64,000 bases of DNA. It comes from Lujinxingia vulgaris. Its GTDB lineage: Bacteria > Myxococcota_A > Bradymonadia > Bradymonadales > Bradymonadaceae. Both the position numbers and the translations under genes were made by a program. The stretch spans positions 932 to 64,931 of the forward strand of contig JBEBUW010000012.1 in assembly GCA_040393065.1 (NCBI GenBank), written 5' to 3'. The notes under the pieces are model-generated. The model was given only the letters and a program-made list of their open reading frames with translations, was not told the DNA's origin and ran no database searches. This document shows positions 16,270 through 26,169 of the stretch, piece by piece (within the stretch, counting starts at the first letter, position 1; the number at the start of each line of letters is the position of its first letter).

Positions 16270-18663
16270 ATGAAGAAAAAGCAGTTCTCTGAGCGCGATA
16301 TCTGTACGAAGTTCATCACACCTGCCTTAGAACGAGCAGGTTGGGATATCGGCACACAGATTCGCGAAGAGTTTTCGCTCACCAATGGGCGCATCATCGT
16401 TCGTGGCAAAATGCACACCCGCGCAAAGAACAAGCGCGCTGATTATGTGCTGTTCCACAAAGCCAACATCCCCATCGCCATCATTGAAGCCAAAGACAAC
16501 AACCACTCCCTTGGCGACGGCATGCAACAAGGCCTGGGTTACGCCGAGATGCTGCAAGTTCCCTTCGTATTCAGCAGCAACGGCGACGGCTTTTTGTTCC
16601 ACAACAAAATCGCCACCGACGGTATCCTGGAGCGTGAACTGTCACTGGATGAGTTCCCCAGCCCTGAAACCCTCTGGCAGATGTGGGCCGAGCATCGCGG
16701 CCTGACTGAGCAACAAAGCGAGCTTGTCACACAAGATTATTACAGTGATGGCAGCAATAAAACGCCGCGCTATTACCAACTCCTGGCAATCAACAAAACC
16801 GTTGAAGCCGTGGCTCGCGGTCAAGACCGCATCTTGCTCGTCATGGCGACTGGCACAGGCAAAACCTACACTGCGTTTCAAATCATCTGGCGACTCTGGA
16901 AGGCCAAAGCTAAGAAACGCATTCTGTTTTTGGCCGATCGCAACATCCTCGTCGACCAGACCATGACCAACGACTTCAAGCCGTTTGGTGCGACGATGAC
17001 CAAAATCACGAAACGGCAAATCAACAAATCCTTTGAGGTTTACCTGTCTCTTTACCAGGCAGTCACCGGCAACGAGGAAGAGCGCAATATCTACAAGCAG
17101 TTCAGCCCGGACTTTTTCGACCTCATCGTGATCGACGAATGTCACCGGGGCAGCGCTGCCGAAGACTCTGCCTGGCGCGAAATCCTCGAATACTTTTCGT
17201 CCGCCACCCAGATTGGTCTGACCGCCACTCCCAAAGAAACCAAAGACGTCTCCAATATCGATTATTTCGGCGCGCCTATTTACACGTATTCCTTACGTCA
17301 GGGGATCGATGATGGATTTCTCGCACCGTACAAAGTCGTACGCATCGACCTCGACAAAGACCTGACCGGCTGGCGTCCCGACAAAGGAATGGTCGACAAA
17401 TACGGTGAGGAAATCGAAGACCGCATCTACAACCAGCGCGATTTCGACAAAACCCTTGTGCTCGAAAAGCGCACCGAACTGGTCGCCAAAAAGATCAGTG
17501 ATTTCTTAAAGCAAACCAATCGCTTCGACAAAACCATCGTCTTTTGCGACAACATCGACCACGCCGAACGCATGCGGCAGGCACTGGTCAATGAAAACGC
17601 CGACCTCGTGGCCCAGAACCACAAATACGTCATGCGCATTACCGGCGATAACGAAGAAGGAAAGGCTGAGCTGGATAACTTCATCTTTCCAGAAAGCACA
17701 TACCCGGTCATCGCAACCACCTCCAAATTGATGAGCACCGGAGTCGACGCACAGACTTGCAAACTGATCGTGCTCGATCAACGCATCCAGTCCATGACCG
17801 AATTCAAACAGATCATCGGGCGCGGCACCCGAATCAACGAAGATTACGACAAGTTCTACTTCACCATCATGGACTTCAAAAAGGCCACGGAGCTTTTTGC
17901 CGACCCTGATTTTGACGGAGAACCTGAGCAAATTTACGTGCCACAACCTGGCGATCCACTGGTCCCACCCGATGAGCCCGATGAATCCATCATCGACGGC
18001 GACTTCGATCTACCCGGTGGTTTCGATGAAGATTTCACGGGTGACTTTGAAGATGACCTTGGAGGTGACTTCGAAGGAGGTTCCGACGAAACCGGCTCCC
18101 GCGTACGACGTTATGTCGTAGCCAACGTCGAAGTCCGCGTCGCCGCCGAACGCGTCCAATACTTCGATGCCGATGGCAAGCTGATTACTGAATCGCTCAA
18201 GGACTACACACGTAAAGCTCTCGCCAAAGAATTCCGCTCACTCGATGAATTCCTTGTCCGCTGGAGCAGCGCTGACAAAAAACAAGCTGTTATCGACGCT
18301 CTCAGGGAAGAAGGCATCTTCTTCGAAGCACTCGCCGAAGAAATCGGCCGAGGACTAGATCCCTTCGATTTGATATGTCACGTCGCCTGGGACCAACCGC
18401 CGCTCACCCGCAAAGAGCGCGCCGAACAGGTCAAAAAGCGCAATTACTTCGCCCGCTACGGCGAGCAAGCCCAGCGCGTGCTCACCGCCCTGCTCGACAA
18501 ATACGCTGACGAAGGCATAAGTCCCATCGAGGAAACACAGATCCTCACTATCGCGCCCTTCTCGCAACTCGGCACCCCGATAGAACTCATTCGCAGCTTT
18601 GGCGGATTGGACAAATACCAGCACGCCCTTCACGAACTTCAACAAGCGCTTTACAGCGCATAA
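16270..18663 (+). CDS. hsdR: type I restriction enzyme R subunit
   Basis: N-terminal [19 protein letters not shown] (HsdR_N). Walker [13 protein letters not shown]-like VIDECH. Motif [12 protein letters not shown]. EcoEI-R-like C-terminal domain. ATG 16270 preferred over the ORF-track start. Confidence 0.92.
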   Translation: MKKKQFSERDICTKFITPALERAGWDIGTQIREEFSLTNGRIIVRGKMHTRAKNKRADYVLFHKANIPIAIIEAKDNNHSLGDGMQQGLGYAEMLQVPFVFSSNGDGFLFHNKIATDGILERELSLDEFPSPETLWQMWAEHRGLTEQQSELVTQDYYSDGSNKTPRYYQLLAINKTVEAVARGQDRILLVMATGTGKTYTAFQIIWRLWKAKAKKRILFLADRNILVDQTMTNDFKPFGATMTKITKRQINKSFEVYLSLYQAVTGNEEERNIYKQFSPDFFDLIVIDECHRGSAAEDSAWREILEYFSSATQIGLTATPKETKDVSNIDYFGAPIYTYSLRQGIDDGFLAPYKVVRIDLDKDLTGWRPDKGMVDKYGEEIEDRIYNQRDFDKTLVLEKRTELVAKKISDFLKQTNRFDKTIVFCDNIDHAERMRQALVNENADLVAQNHKYVMRITGDNEEGKAELDNFIFPESTYPVIATTSKLMSTGVDAQTCKLIVLDQRIQSMTEFKQIIGRGTRINEDYDKFYFTIMDFKKATELFADPDFDGEPEQIYVPQPGDPLVPPDEPDESIIDGDFDLPGGFDEDFTGDFEDDLGGDFEGGSDETGSRVRRYVVANVEVRVAAERVQYFDADGKLITESLKDYTRKALAKEFRSLDEFLVRWSSADKKQAVIDALREEGIFFEALAEEIGRGLDPFDLICHVAWDQPPLTRKERAEQVKKRNYFARYGEQAQRVLTALLDKYADEGISPIEETQILTIAPFSQLGTPIELIRSFGGLDKYQHALHELQQALYSA

Positions 18664-18690
18664 ATCTTTTCACAATCGGAACACGAAAAC

Positions 18691-20157
18691 ATGTCAATCG
18701 GTACACTTGTAAAGTCCATCCAGGACATCATGCGCAAAGACGTTGGTGTTGATGGCGACGCACAACGCATCAGCCAGATCGTCTGGCTCCTTTTCCTCAA
18801 AATCTTCGACGACAAAGAACAAGAATGGGAATTCACCGTTCCCAACTATCAATCTCCTATCCCAGATCATTTGCGCTGGAGTAACTGGGCCAAAGACGAT
18901 GAAGGCATCACCGGCGAGGAGCTGATTGATTTCGTAAATAACGAACTCTTTCCCGCTCTTAAGCAGCTCGCCACTGCCGCAGGTGTTTCACCGCACGGAA
19001 AGGTCGTCGGCTCAGTATTTGCCGATGCTTACAACTACATGAAATCCGGCACGCTACTTCGTCAGGTAGTCAACGCCATCGAAGCCGACGTGGATTTCAA
19101 TTCCTCCACCGACCGCCATCTCTTCAACGATATCTATGAAAAAATCCTCGCCGACCTCCAATCCGCAGGCAATGCCGGCGAGTATTATACGCCCCGCCCT
19201 GTGACGCAGTTCATGGTCGATATCCTCGACCCGCAGCTTGGCCAGACCATTCTCGATCCCGCTTGCGGCACTGGCGGCTTTCTCACTTGCGCGATCGACC
19301 ACCTCAAAAAACAAGTCAAAACACCTGACGACCTGCGAATCCTGCAATCCAATATTTATGGCGTCGAGAAAAAACCTCTGCCCCACATGCTCGCCGTCAC
19401 CAATATGATGCTTCACGGCATCGACGTGCCCACCAATATCCAGCACGACAACACTTTAAGCCGCCCGCTCCGCGACTACGGCCCCAAAGATCGCGTCGAT
19501 ATCGTCCTCACCAACCCACCCTTCGGCGGCCAGGAAGAAGACGGAATCGAAACCAACTTTCCCCGCAAATACCAGACTCGCGAAACCGCCGACCTCTTCA
19601 TGGCGATGATCATGCACCGCCTCAAACCCAATACCGGCAAGGCTGCAGTCGTCCTCCCCGACGGCTTCCTCTTTGGCGAAGGCACCAAGGCCACCCTCAA
19701 GAAAGAACTCCTCGAAGAGTTCAACCTCCACACCATCGTCCGCCTCCCCAAAGGCGTTTTCTCGCCCTACACCACCATCTCCACCAACATCCTTTTCTTC
19801 GAAAAAGGCGGCCCCACTCAGGACGTCTGGTTCTTCGAACACCCCTACCCACCCGGCTACAAGGCCTACTCCCGCACTCGCCCCCTCACCATCGGCGAGT
19901 TCGACCGCGAAAAGAAATGGTGGGGCGGACCGGAGCGCAGAGGCCGCAAAACCACCGAACATGCCTGGAAAATATCTGCCGAAGAAATCGTCGAGCGCGG
20001 CTACAACCTCGACTGCAAGAACCCACACGAAATCATCGTCGATCATGGCGACCCCGCCGCGCTCATTCAGGAATACCACGAAATCGCCCGCCAGCTCGCC
20101 GAAGCCCAGCAAGCCCTCAAAACCGAGCTGATGGCAGCCCTCGAGAGAACACCATGA
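18691..20157 (+). CDS. hsdM: type I R-M N6-adenine DNA methyltransferase M subunit
   Basis: AGEYYTPRPV, DPACGTGGFL (SAM binding), VLTNPPFGG catalytic motif. Confidence 0.93.
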   Translation: MSIGTLVKSIQDIMRKDVGVDGDAQRISQIVWLLFLKIFDDKEQEWEFTVPNYQSPIPDHLRWSNWAKDDEGITGEELIDFVNNELFPALKQLATAAGVSPHGKVVGSVFADAYNYMKSGTLLRQVVNAIEADVDFNSSTDRHLFNDIYEKILADLQSAGNAGEYYTPRPVTQFMVDILDPQLGQTILDPACGTGGFLTCAIDHLKKQVKTPDDLRILQSNIYGVEKKPLPHMLAVTNMMLHGIDVPTNIQHDNTLSRPLRDYGPKDRVDIVLTNPPFGGQEEDGIETNFPRKYQTRETADLFMAMIMHRLKPNTGKAAVVLPDGFLFGEGTKATLKKELLEEFNLHTIVRLPKGVFSPYTTISTNILFFEKGGPTQDVWFFEHPYPPGYKAYSRTRPLTIGEFDREKKWWGGPERRGRKTTEHAWKISAEEIVERGYNLDCKNPHEIIVDHGDPAALIQEYHEIARQLAEAQQALKTELMAALERTP

Positions 20158-21203
20158 GCGAAGATAATAAAAAGCTAATCCGCAATAGCACTGCCGAATT
20201 CCTGATCTTCACTGGTCAGGCCGGCGAACAAAGCATCGAAGCGCGTTATGAAGATCAAACAATCTGGCTTAGCCAGAAGTTGATGGCCACGCTATTTGAT
20301 GTAACCGTACCCACCATCAACGAGCACCTGAAGAACATCTTCGACTCCGATGAACTCAGTCGCGAGGCAACTATTCGGAATTTCCGAATAGTTCAAACCG
20401 AGGGGAACCGCGACGTCACCCGCAACGTAGAGTTCTATAATCTCGATGCGATTATCTCTCTCGGTTACCGCGTCAATTCGGTCCGAGCAACCCAATTCCG
20501 CCAATGGGCAACCCAAGTATTGAAAGAATTTGCCATCAAGGGATATGTGCTGGACAAAAAGCGCATGGAGAATGGCACCTTCCTTGATGAAAACTATTTC
20601 GAACAACTGCTTGCAGAAATTCGAGAAATACGCCTTAGCGAACGCCAGTTCTACCAGAAAATCACCGATATCTATGCGACCAGCGTGGATTATAACAAGT
20701 CAGCTCCTACGACGAAGGAATTCTTCGCAAAAGTGCAGAATAAATTACACTTTGCAATCCATGGACATACTGCCGCAGAACTGATTCACCAACGAGCTGA
20801 CAGCAGTCAATCACATATGGGGCTGACTTCATGGGCGAATGCACCCGACGGTAAAATACTAAAATCTGATGTGGCCATTGCCAAGAACTACCTGAACAAG
20901 GAAGAGCTGGAAGCGTTAGGTCGCATCGTCAACGCCTATCTCGATATTGCCGAAGATCGTGCGCTACGAAAAATCCCAACCACCATGGAAGACTGGGCCA
21001 AACGTCTGGATAATTTTCTCGAACTCACTGATCGCGATATCCTTAAAAATGCTGGCAAAATATCTGCAAAAATTGCGAAAGAACATGCCGAAGGCGAGTT
21101 CGAAAAATATCGCATCGTTCAAGATCGCCTCTTCGAAAGCGATTTCGACAAAGTAATCAAACAAATAGAATCCTCAGTTAAAGACAAAAAAGAAGATGAA
21201 TAA
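20154..21203 (+). CDS. rhuM: RhuM-family protein embedded in the R-M operon
   Basis: IRNSTAEFLIF, TIWLSQKLMATLFDVTVPTINEHLKNIF, YNLDAIISLGYRVNSVRATQFRQWATQVLKE. Start ATG overlaps the hsdM stop (ATGA at 20154-20157). Confidence 0.85.
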   Translation: MSEDNKKLIRNSTAEFLIFTGQAGEQSIEARYEDQTIWLSQKLMATLFDVTVPTINEHLKNIFDSDELSREATIRNFRIVQTEGNRDVTRNVEFYNLDAIISLGYRVNSVRATQFRQWATQVLKEFAIKGYVLDKKRMENGTFLDENYFEQLLAEIREIRLSERQFYQKITDIYATSVDYNKSAPTTKEFFAKVQNKLHFAIHGHTAAELIHQRADSSQSHMGLTSWANAPDGKILKSDVAIAKNYLNKEELEALGRIVNAYLDIAEDRALRKIPTTMEDWAKRLDNFLELTDRDILKNAGKISAKIAKEHAEGEFEKYRIVQDRLFESDFDKVIKQIESSVKDKKEDE

Positions 21204-22833
21204 CCAGACCGCCCAGCTCCTCGAACAACACTTCGACACCGCCTTCAGCGCCCCCGACGGCATCAAAAAACTCCGTGAGCTCATCCTCACCCTCGCCATG
21301 CAAGGCAAGCTCGTTCCTCAGGACCCTGACGATCCTCCCGCCAGCCAGTTGTTAAAAGAGATCGAGGCGGAGAAAAAACGCCTCGTGCAAGAAGGCACGA
21401 TCAAAAAGCCCAAGCCATTGCCAGCCATCAAGCCAGAAGAAGTGCCTTACGAAATACCAAAGAGTTGGGAGTGGGTGCGAATTGGAGCTGTCACAAATAT
21501 TTCTACTGGAAAGCTGAATGCAAATGCTGCAGTAGATGATGGCATGTATCCTTTTTTCACTTGCTCTAATACGCCGTCAGAGATCGATACTTACTCATAT
21601 AACACTGAAGCTGTCCTGCTCGCAGGAAATGGCGACTTCAACATAAAGTATTATCGAGGGAAGTTTGATGCTTATCAGCGAACATACATAATAGAGCCAA
21701 TAAAATCTGAATTAAAGCACACTTACTATGGTATTAAGAATTGTTTAGCCGAAATCACAAAAAGTCATAGAGGCTCGGCAATCCCATATTTAAGACTTGC
21801 TGATATAACTCACCCTCTTATACCCCTCCCACCTCTCCCCGAACAGCACCGCATCGTCACTAAAATTGACCAGCTCATGGCGCGCTGCGACGAACTCGAA
21901 AAACTACGCGACGAGTACGAACAAAAGCGCCGCAACGTCCACACCGCAGCCCTCAATCAATTGCTGGAAGCCCAAACAGACGACAGCTTCACCGACGCTT
22001 GGCATTTCATCACCCAACACTTCACCGAACTCTACTCCATCAAAGAAAACGTCGATGAGCTACGCAAAGCCATTCTCCAGCTTGCGGTGATGGGTAAGTT
22101 GGTGCCGCAGGATCCTGATGATCCGCCAGCCAGCCAGTTGTTGAAAGAGATCGAGGCGGAGAAAAGGCGCTTGGTTAAGGAAGGGGTGATCAAGAAGCCT
22201 AAGGCGTTGCCGAAGATTAAGGCGGAAGAAGTGCCTTACGAGATACCGGAGAGTTGGGAGTGGTGCCGCATTTGGGATATTGCCAAAGTAATAACATCTG
22301 GTTCGCGTGACTGGGCAAAATATTACTCGGAATCTGGTGCTGTTTTTGTGACTATGGGAAACTTATCACGCGGAAACTATCAGCTTCGCATGAATACTAT
22401 TCGTTATGTCAATCCACCTTCTGATGGCGAAGGGGCCAGAACTAGGCTAAAAGAAAATGACTTGCTAATATCAATTACAGGTGATGTAGGAAACCTTGGT
22501 TTAATTCCACCAGAATTCGGAGAGGCATATATTAATCAACATACATGTTTACTCCGATTCATGCCTCATTGTAGAAATCTGTATTTTCCAGAACTAATGA
22601 GAACTGCTTTAGTAAAACGTCAATTTGATGCTCCACAACGTGGTATAAAAAATAGCCTTAGATTAAGTGATGTTGGAGAAATACTAATTCCCCTCCCACC
22701 CCTGCCTGAACAACACCGCATCGTTGCCAAGATCGACCAGCTTATGGGGATGTGTGACGTGTTGGAAGAACAGATCGAGGCGGCGACTGTTAAAAAGACC
22801 AGGTTGTTGAGTGCGTTGGTGGCGGCCGTTTAA
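21196..22833 (+). CDS. hsdS: type I R-M specificity subunit
   Basis: Two TRDs separated by duplicated conserved regions (LVPQDPDDPPASQLLKEIEAEK.RLV.EG.IKKPK.LP.IK.EEVPYEIP.SWEW twice; PLPPLPEQHRIV.KIDQLM twice). Overlaps the rhuM end by 8 nt. Confidence 0.92.
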   Translation: MNNQTAQLLEQHFDTAFSAPDGIKKLRELILTLAMQGKLVPQDPDDPPASQLLKEIEAEKKRLVQEGTIKKPKPLPAIKPEEVPYEIPKSWEWVRIGAVTNISTGKLNANAAVDDGMYPFFTCSNTPSEIDTYSYNTEAVLLAGNGDFNIKYYRGKFDAYQRTYIIEPIKSELKHTYYGIKNCLAEITKSHRGSAIPYLRLADITHPLIPLPPLPEQHRIVTKIDQLMARCDELEKLRDEYEQKRRNVHTAALNQLLEAQTDDSFTDAWHFITQHFTELYSIKENVDELRKAILQLAVMGKLVPQDPDDPPASQLLKEIEAEKRRLVKEGVIKKPKALPKIKAEEVPYEIPESWEWCRIWDIAKVITSGSRDWAKYYSESGAVFVTMGNLSRGNYQLRMNTIRYVNPPSDGEGARTRLKENDLLISITGDVGNLGLIPPEFGEAYINQHTCLLRFMPHCRNLYFPELMRTALVKRQFDAPQRGIKNSLRLSDVGEILIPLPPLPEQHRIVAKIDQLMGMCDVLEEQIEAATVKKTRLLSALVAAV

Positions 22834-22842
22834 GGGTTAAGG

Positions 22843-22872
22843 AGTTCATGAGTTAAAGGCTCATTATGAACT
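22843..22872. terminator. possible bidirectional hairpin between convergent genes
   Basis: AGTTCATGAG-loop-CTCATTATGAACT imperfect hairpin between the hsdS stop (22833) and the stop of the minus-strand gene (22871). Confidence 0.3.
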
Positions 22873-24802
22873 ACTCATCAACGGTCTTGGCGATTGGTGC
22901 TTTTTCTGGATCGCTAGTGTCAGACATTTCAACGGCCTTTGTCACAGTCGGCTGTTCTGATACTATTTTGATCAGTTCTTTTATTTGAGCTTTAAGCTGT
23001 TTGATTTCTTCTTCATGAATATCTCGCTGAGGGGTGCCATTATGCATGGTAGAAAGAACTTCTGTCTGCCAGTTTTCATTGGCCTTACTACTTATATTTT
23101 CCATATATAGTCCAAATATGGTTACAACCAGACCAACGAACGCGAAAAGTGCTGTAACCACTATAGCTGAAACAGCAATGTTAATTTGTTTATTACTAGC
23201 TACTTCTGCATCCTCTGCTTGCGTTTTAAAATCTTCAACCATCTTTTCAGTATTGAGTGCTATGCTTTGCAACTTCTTAGCAGAGTGGCGAGTGTTTGCA
23301 TCAGAAATTTCTGCTTGACGCCTAGACTCCTCGACCATTTCTTTAGTACTTAATGCTACATTTTTTAAATAATTAGCAGATTCACGTGCGTCCTGATCTG
23401 CCTTCTGAGAACGCTCATCAAATCGGTCAAGCATCTCGGCAGCAGCTTCTGCTAAGTCTTTCAGAACGTGAGCTGATTCAGCTGTCATCTTACTTGTTAT
23501 CCGAGCTAAATCTAATTCTTCATTTCTGTCATGCGTAGCTTGTTCTGCTCGTTCATCAAACTGTTTAAGCACTTTGGCAACAGTATCTGCTAAATTTTGT
23601 AAAACAAGGGTTAATTCTGTTGTTCCCTTACTCGTTGTTCGAGCTAGCTCCAGCTCTTCCTGTCTCTCACGAGTTGTCTTTTCTTGAGCACGAGCAAGGG
23701 CGTCTATCCCATTAGTAACGTTTTTACGCATCTCATCTAATGAATCTAATGAGATGTCATCGTTTTCTAAGGAATAATCTATTTTGAAAGGATCTTGCAG
23801 CATATCATATCCACTTTTAAGATTCGGGGCACGATAAGTATTTGCAAGTGTTTGAGGCAAAAATTCAGAACTTGTCCATGTTTTCGTGATTTCTCCATAA
23901 TTCTTTAGTGTTTCATTAAGGGCGGAACTGCTCGATCGTATATAATCAAGAGCACTATGGCTTAATTGAGATGAATACTTGTCCATGTCCTCGAGAAGTT
24001 TTGTGTTTACCGCACTGTTAAAGCTACTATAAGGTTTGGATACATCATTAAGTTTAGCAATATCCTTTTGATGCTTTGCAAGGTAATCTATACCAAGCTG
24101 GTTAACGGAAAACTTCTGTGCTTCCTCAAGAGCCTTAGCATTTACCGCATTATTAAACTCATGCAGGTTTTTGTATGAGCCTTCTAACAGTGCGTTTCTT
24201 GCTGCTTTGGATAAATACTTCATATTAGAAGTTATTAACGCCATAGCCTCTTTTGTCACCATTGCATTATCCGTGGACATCTTTGCTACTATTTGATTTG
24301 TATCATTTTGAGCAGCCAGCATTGATGCCTGAATCTCCTTAATCTCCTCAGTATAAATTTCTAGTTGCTTTCTAAGTAACCGGTCTAAATAAGAAACCGC
24401 TGTTTCTTCCTCATCTCGTGGAAGCCTTGCTCTATTGTCGGCTCCTAAATGAGTATCTTCGAATTCATTTAACTGCGCATAGGCCTCTGCCAATAATTCT
24501 AAATCACCTTCAGAAAGTTGGGAAATATATTCCTGCGCCAATGGCTCTCGTTTTCCTCCAGGTTCCGATACTGCAGATAAACTTGCAATCCGAGGCAAAA
24601 GCTCCTTAAATCTTTCATATGAATCTTCAATGGTAAGATCATATAGAAAATCAACATCTTTTGCCCTTAGTCCATAAAGATGAATTACCCCAACTGACGT
24701 TTCGATCGCCTTCGCTGCCTTCTGAACCAGACTCACCAACATATCCTTGGTGATTGTTGGACTCCCATTTTTATTTGAAGAATCATTTTCACTACTCATC
24801 AC
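22871..24802 (-). CDS. hypothetical coiled-coil protein with one C-terminal TM helix (AT-rich cassette, gene 2)
   Basis: GGGGAG RBS before the ATG. 643 aa, predominantly helical. Four tandem helical repeats (residues about 378-535), then TM INIAVSAIVVTALFAFVGLVVTIFGLY. No catalytic motif recognised. Confidence 0.75.
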   Translation of the reverse strand: MMSSENDSSNKNGSPTITKDMLVSLVQKAAKAIETSVGVIHLYGLRAKDVDFLYDLTIEDSYERFKELLPRIASLSAVSEPGGKREPLAQEYISQLSEGDLELLAEAYAQLNEFEDTHLGADNRARLPRDEEETAVSYLDRLLRKQLEIYTEEIKEIQASMLAAQNDTNQIVAKMSTDNAMVTKEAMALITSNMKYLSKAARNALLEGSYKNLHEFNNAVNAKALEEAQKFSVNQLGIDYLAKHQKDIAKLNDVSKPYSSFNSAVNTKLLEDMDKYSSQLSHSALDYIRSSSSALNETLKNYGEITKTWTSSEFLPQTLANTYRAPNLKSGYDMLQDPFKIDYSLENDDISLDSLDEMRKNVTNGIDALARAQEKTTRERQEELELARTTSKGTTELTLVLQNLADTVAKVLKQFDERAEQATHDRNEELDLARITSKMTAESAHVLKDLAEAAAEMLDRFDERSQKADQDARESANYLKNVALSTKEMVEESRRQAEISDANTRHSAKKLQSIALNTEKMVEDFKTQAEDAEVASNKQINIAVSAIVVTALFAFVGLVVTIFGLYMENISSKANENWQTEVLSTMHNGTPQRDIHEEEIKQLKAQIKELIKIVSEQPTVTKAVEMSDTSDPEKAPIAKTVDE

Positions 24803-24907
24803 TTACTCCCCTTACATCTTTTTACATTTCAAAGAAAAACCATTTGCCCCTAAAGGACGTTTACAACACCAATAAAAGTGTTTGTATCGTTTTATAGACA
24901 TTTCCAT

Positions 24908-25873
24908 CTATTTCATGCTTATTACCGGCTTATCGGCCGCCTTATATTTCGATAAAACTTCTGCCTTCATCGTGTGGAATTCTTCATCAGTGATATAGCC
25001 TTTTTCATGCATATCAATCAGCTCTTTAAGCTGCATCGTGCTTTCCCCTACGTCACTGCTTTTTGCGCTCGATGCCTCAACACTATTATCCTTACCACTC
25101 AACTTTTGTGCAGAAAAAATCAAAGACCTTACAACTCCATACCATTCACGAACTAACCTCAAGGTCGGTTTCACGGCCTCACTATCTTGAGGAACTGGCT
25201 TATCCAACTCAAGAAACGTGAGTTCATACGACGAGTTCTCTGTCCCAGTCACAATCATATGAAGACTCAACTTCTTCATAACAGAAGTGGAAGTTTGTGA
25301 TGCACTCGATGCGCCAACTATTGCTCCTGCACCTCCAAACAACAATCCACCAACAACTGCACGCTCTACTCCATCGTTTTGGGTGACCTCCATAACTGCA
25401 TCGTCATTCAAAACAATTTTCACCTCAACGATTTGCTCGGAATTAATTATTACTGGAGGATAATATAGAGGTTCACTAGCAGACAATGGGTCTACACCAG
25501 CTTTACCCTGTATCAAAATCAGTTGACTTTTCTTCCTATCAAACAGCAATGCAAATGAATACCCTGATCCAATTAGCTCATCCTTTTCTTTAATTACACA
25601 TTTATTTTTAACCGATACAATAACTTCTTCTAGCTGTCTTTTGCAAATCGCCATTCGATGAGCATTATTTTGCTTTGCCGGTCCATTAGCTGATTGCAAC
25701 CAAAATACAACCCCACCTAGAACAACTACTAAAAGAATTGCACCTCCAACATGTCCTTCAGCATCACCACCGTCTCCTAAGGCAATACAAGGGACAGTGA
25801 TGAGCGCTGCAAGAAAAAACAACCATGCACACCCAAGACAACCTTCATTATCTTCAAGCTTTTCTTGATACAT
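24908..25873 (-). CDS. hypothetical membrane protein with C-terminal SHOCT domain (AT-rich cassette, gene 1)
   Basis: Two N-terminal TM helices, glycine zipper AVVGGLLFGGAGAIVGA, C-terminal LKELIDMHEKGYITDEEFHTMKAEVLSKY (SHOCT). The third codon ATG (25873) has better GAGG spacing than 25879. Confidence 0.7.
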   Translation of the reverse strand: MYQEKLEDNEGCLGCAWLFFLAALITVPCIALGDGGDAEGHVGGAILLVVVLGGVVFWLQSANGPAKQNNAHRMAICKRQLEEVIVSVKNKCVIKEKDELIGSGYSFALLFDRKKSQLILIQGKAGVDPLSASEPLYYPPVIINSEQIVEVKIVLNDDAVMEVTQNDGVERAVVGGLLFGGAGAIVGASSASQTSTSVMKKLSLHMIVTGTENSSYELTFLELDKPVPQDSEAVKPTLRLVREWYGVVRSLIFSAQKLSGKDNSVEASSAKSSDVGESTMQLKELIDMHEKGYITDEEFHTMKAEVLSKYKAADKPVISMK

Positions 25874-26169
25874 TACCATCTACCTCACAAACAAATCTGG
25901 CTAAAATCAATTCTATTAGTTTATTATCCCTAGACAGGCTACTCTACACTATCACTCAGTTTCATTTACCTGCTATCTCCCACTACACGCTGGATTTTCA
26001 TTAAGTGTTGTTACCTAACGCGTAGAGCTAGCACGGATTTTTAGGATTGTCTCTTGGGAACATTTGTAACATCCATCTGCACATCCCCGTCCACACTTCA
26101 CCCCCACCCCACACAATGCTACTCTCCCCATGTGCATAGAAATGGATTGCAACGTATGGAGGTCTGGTG

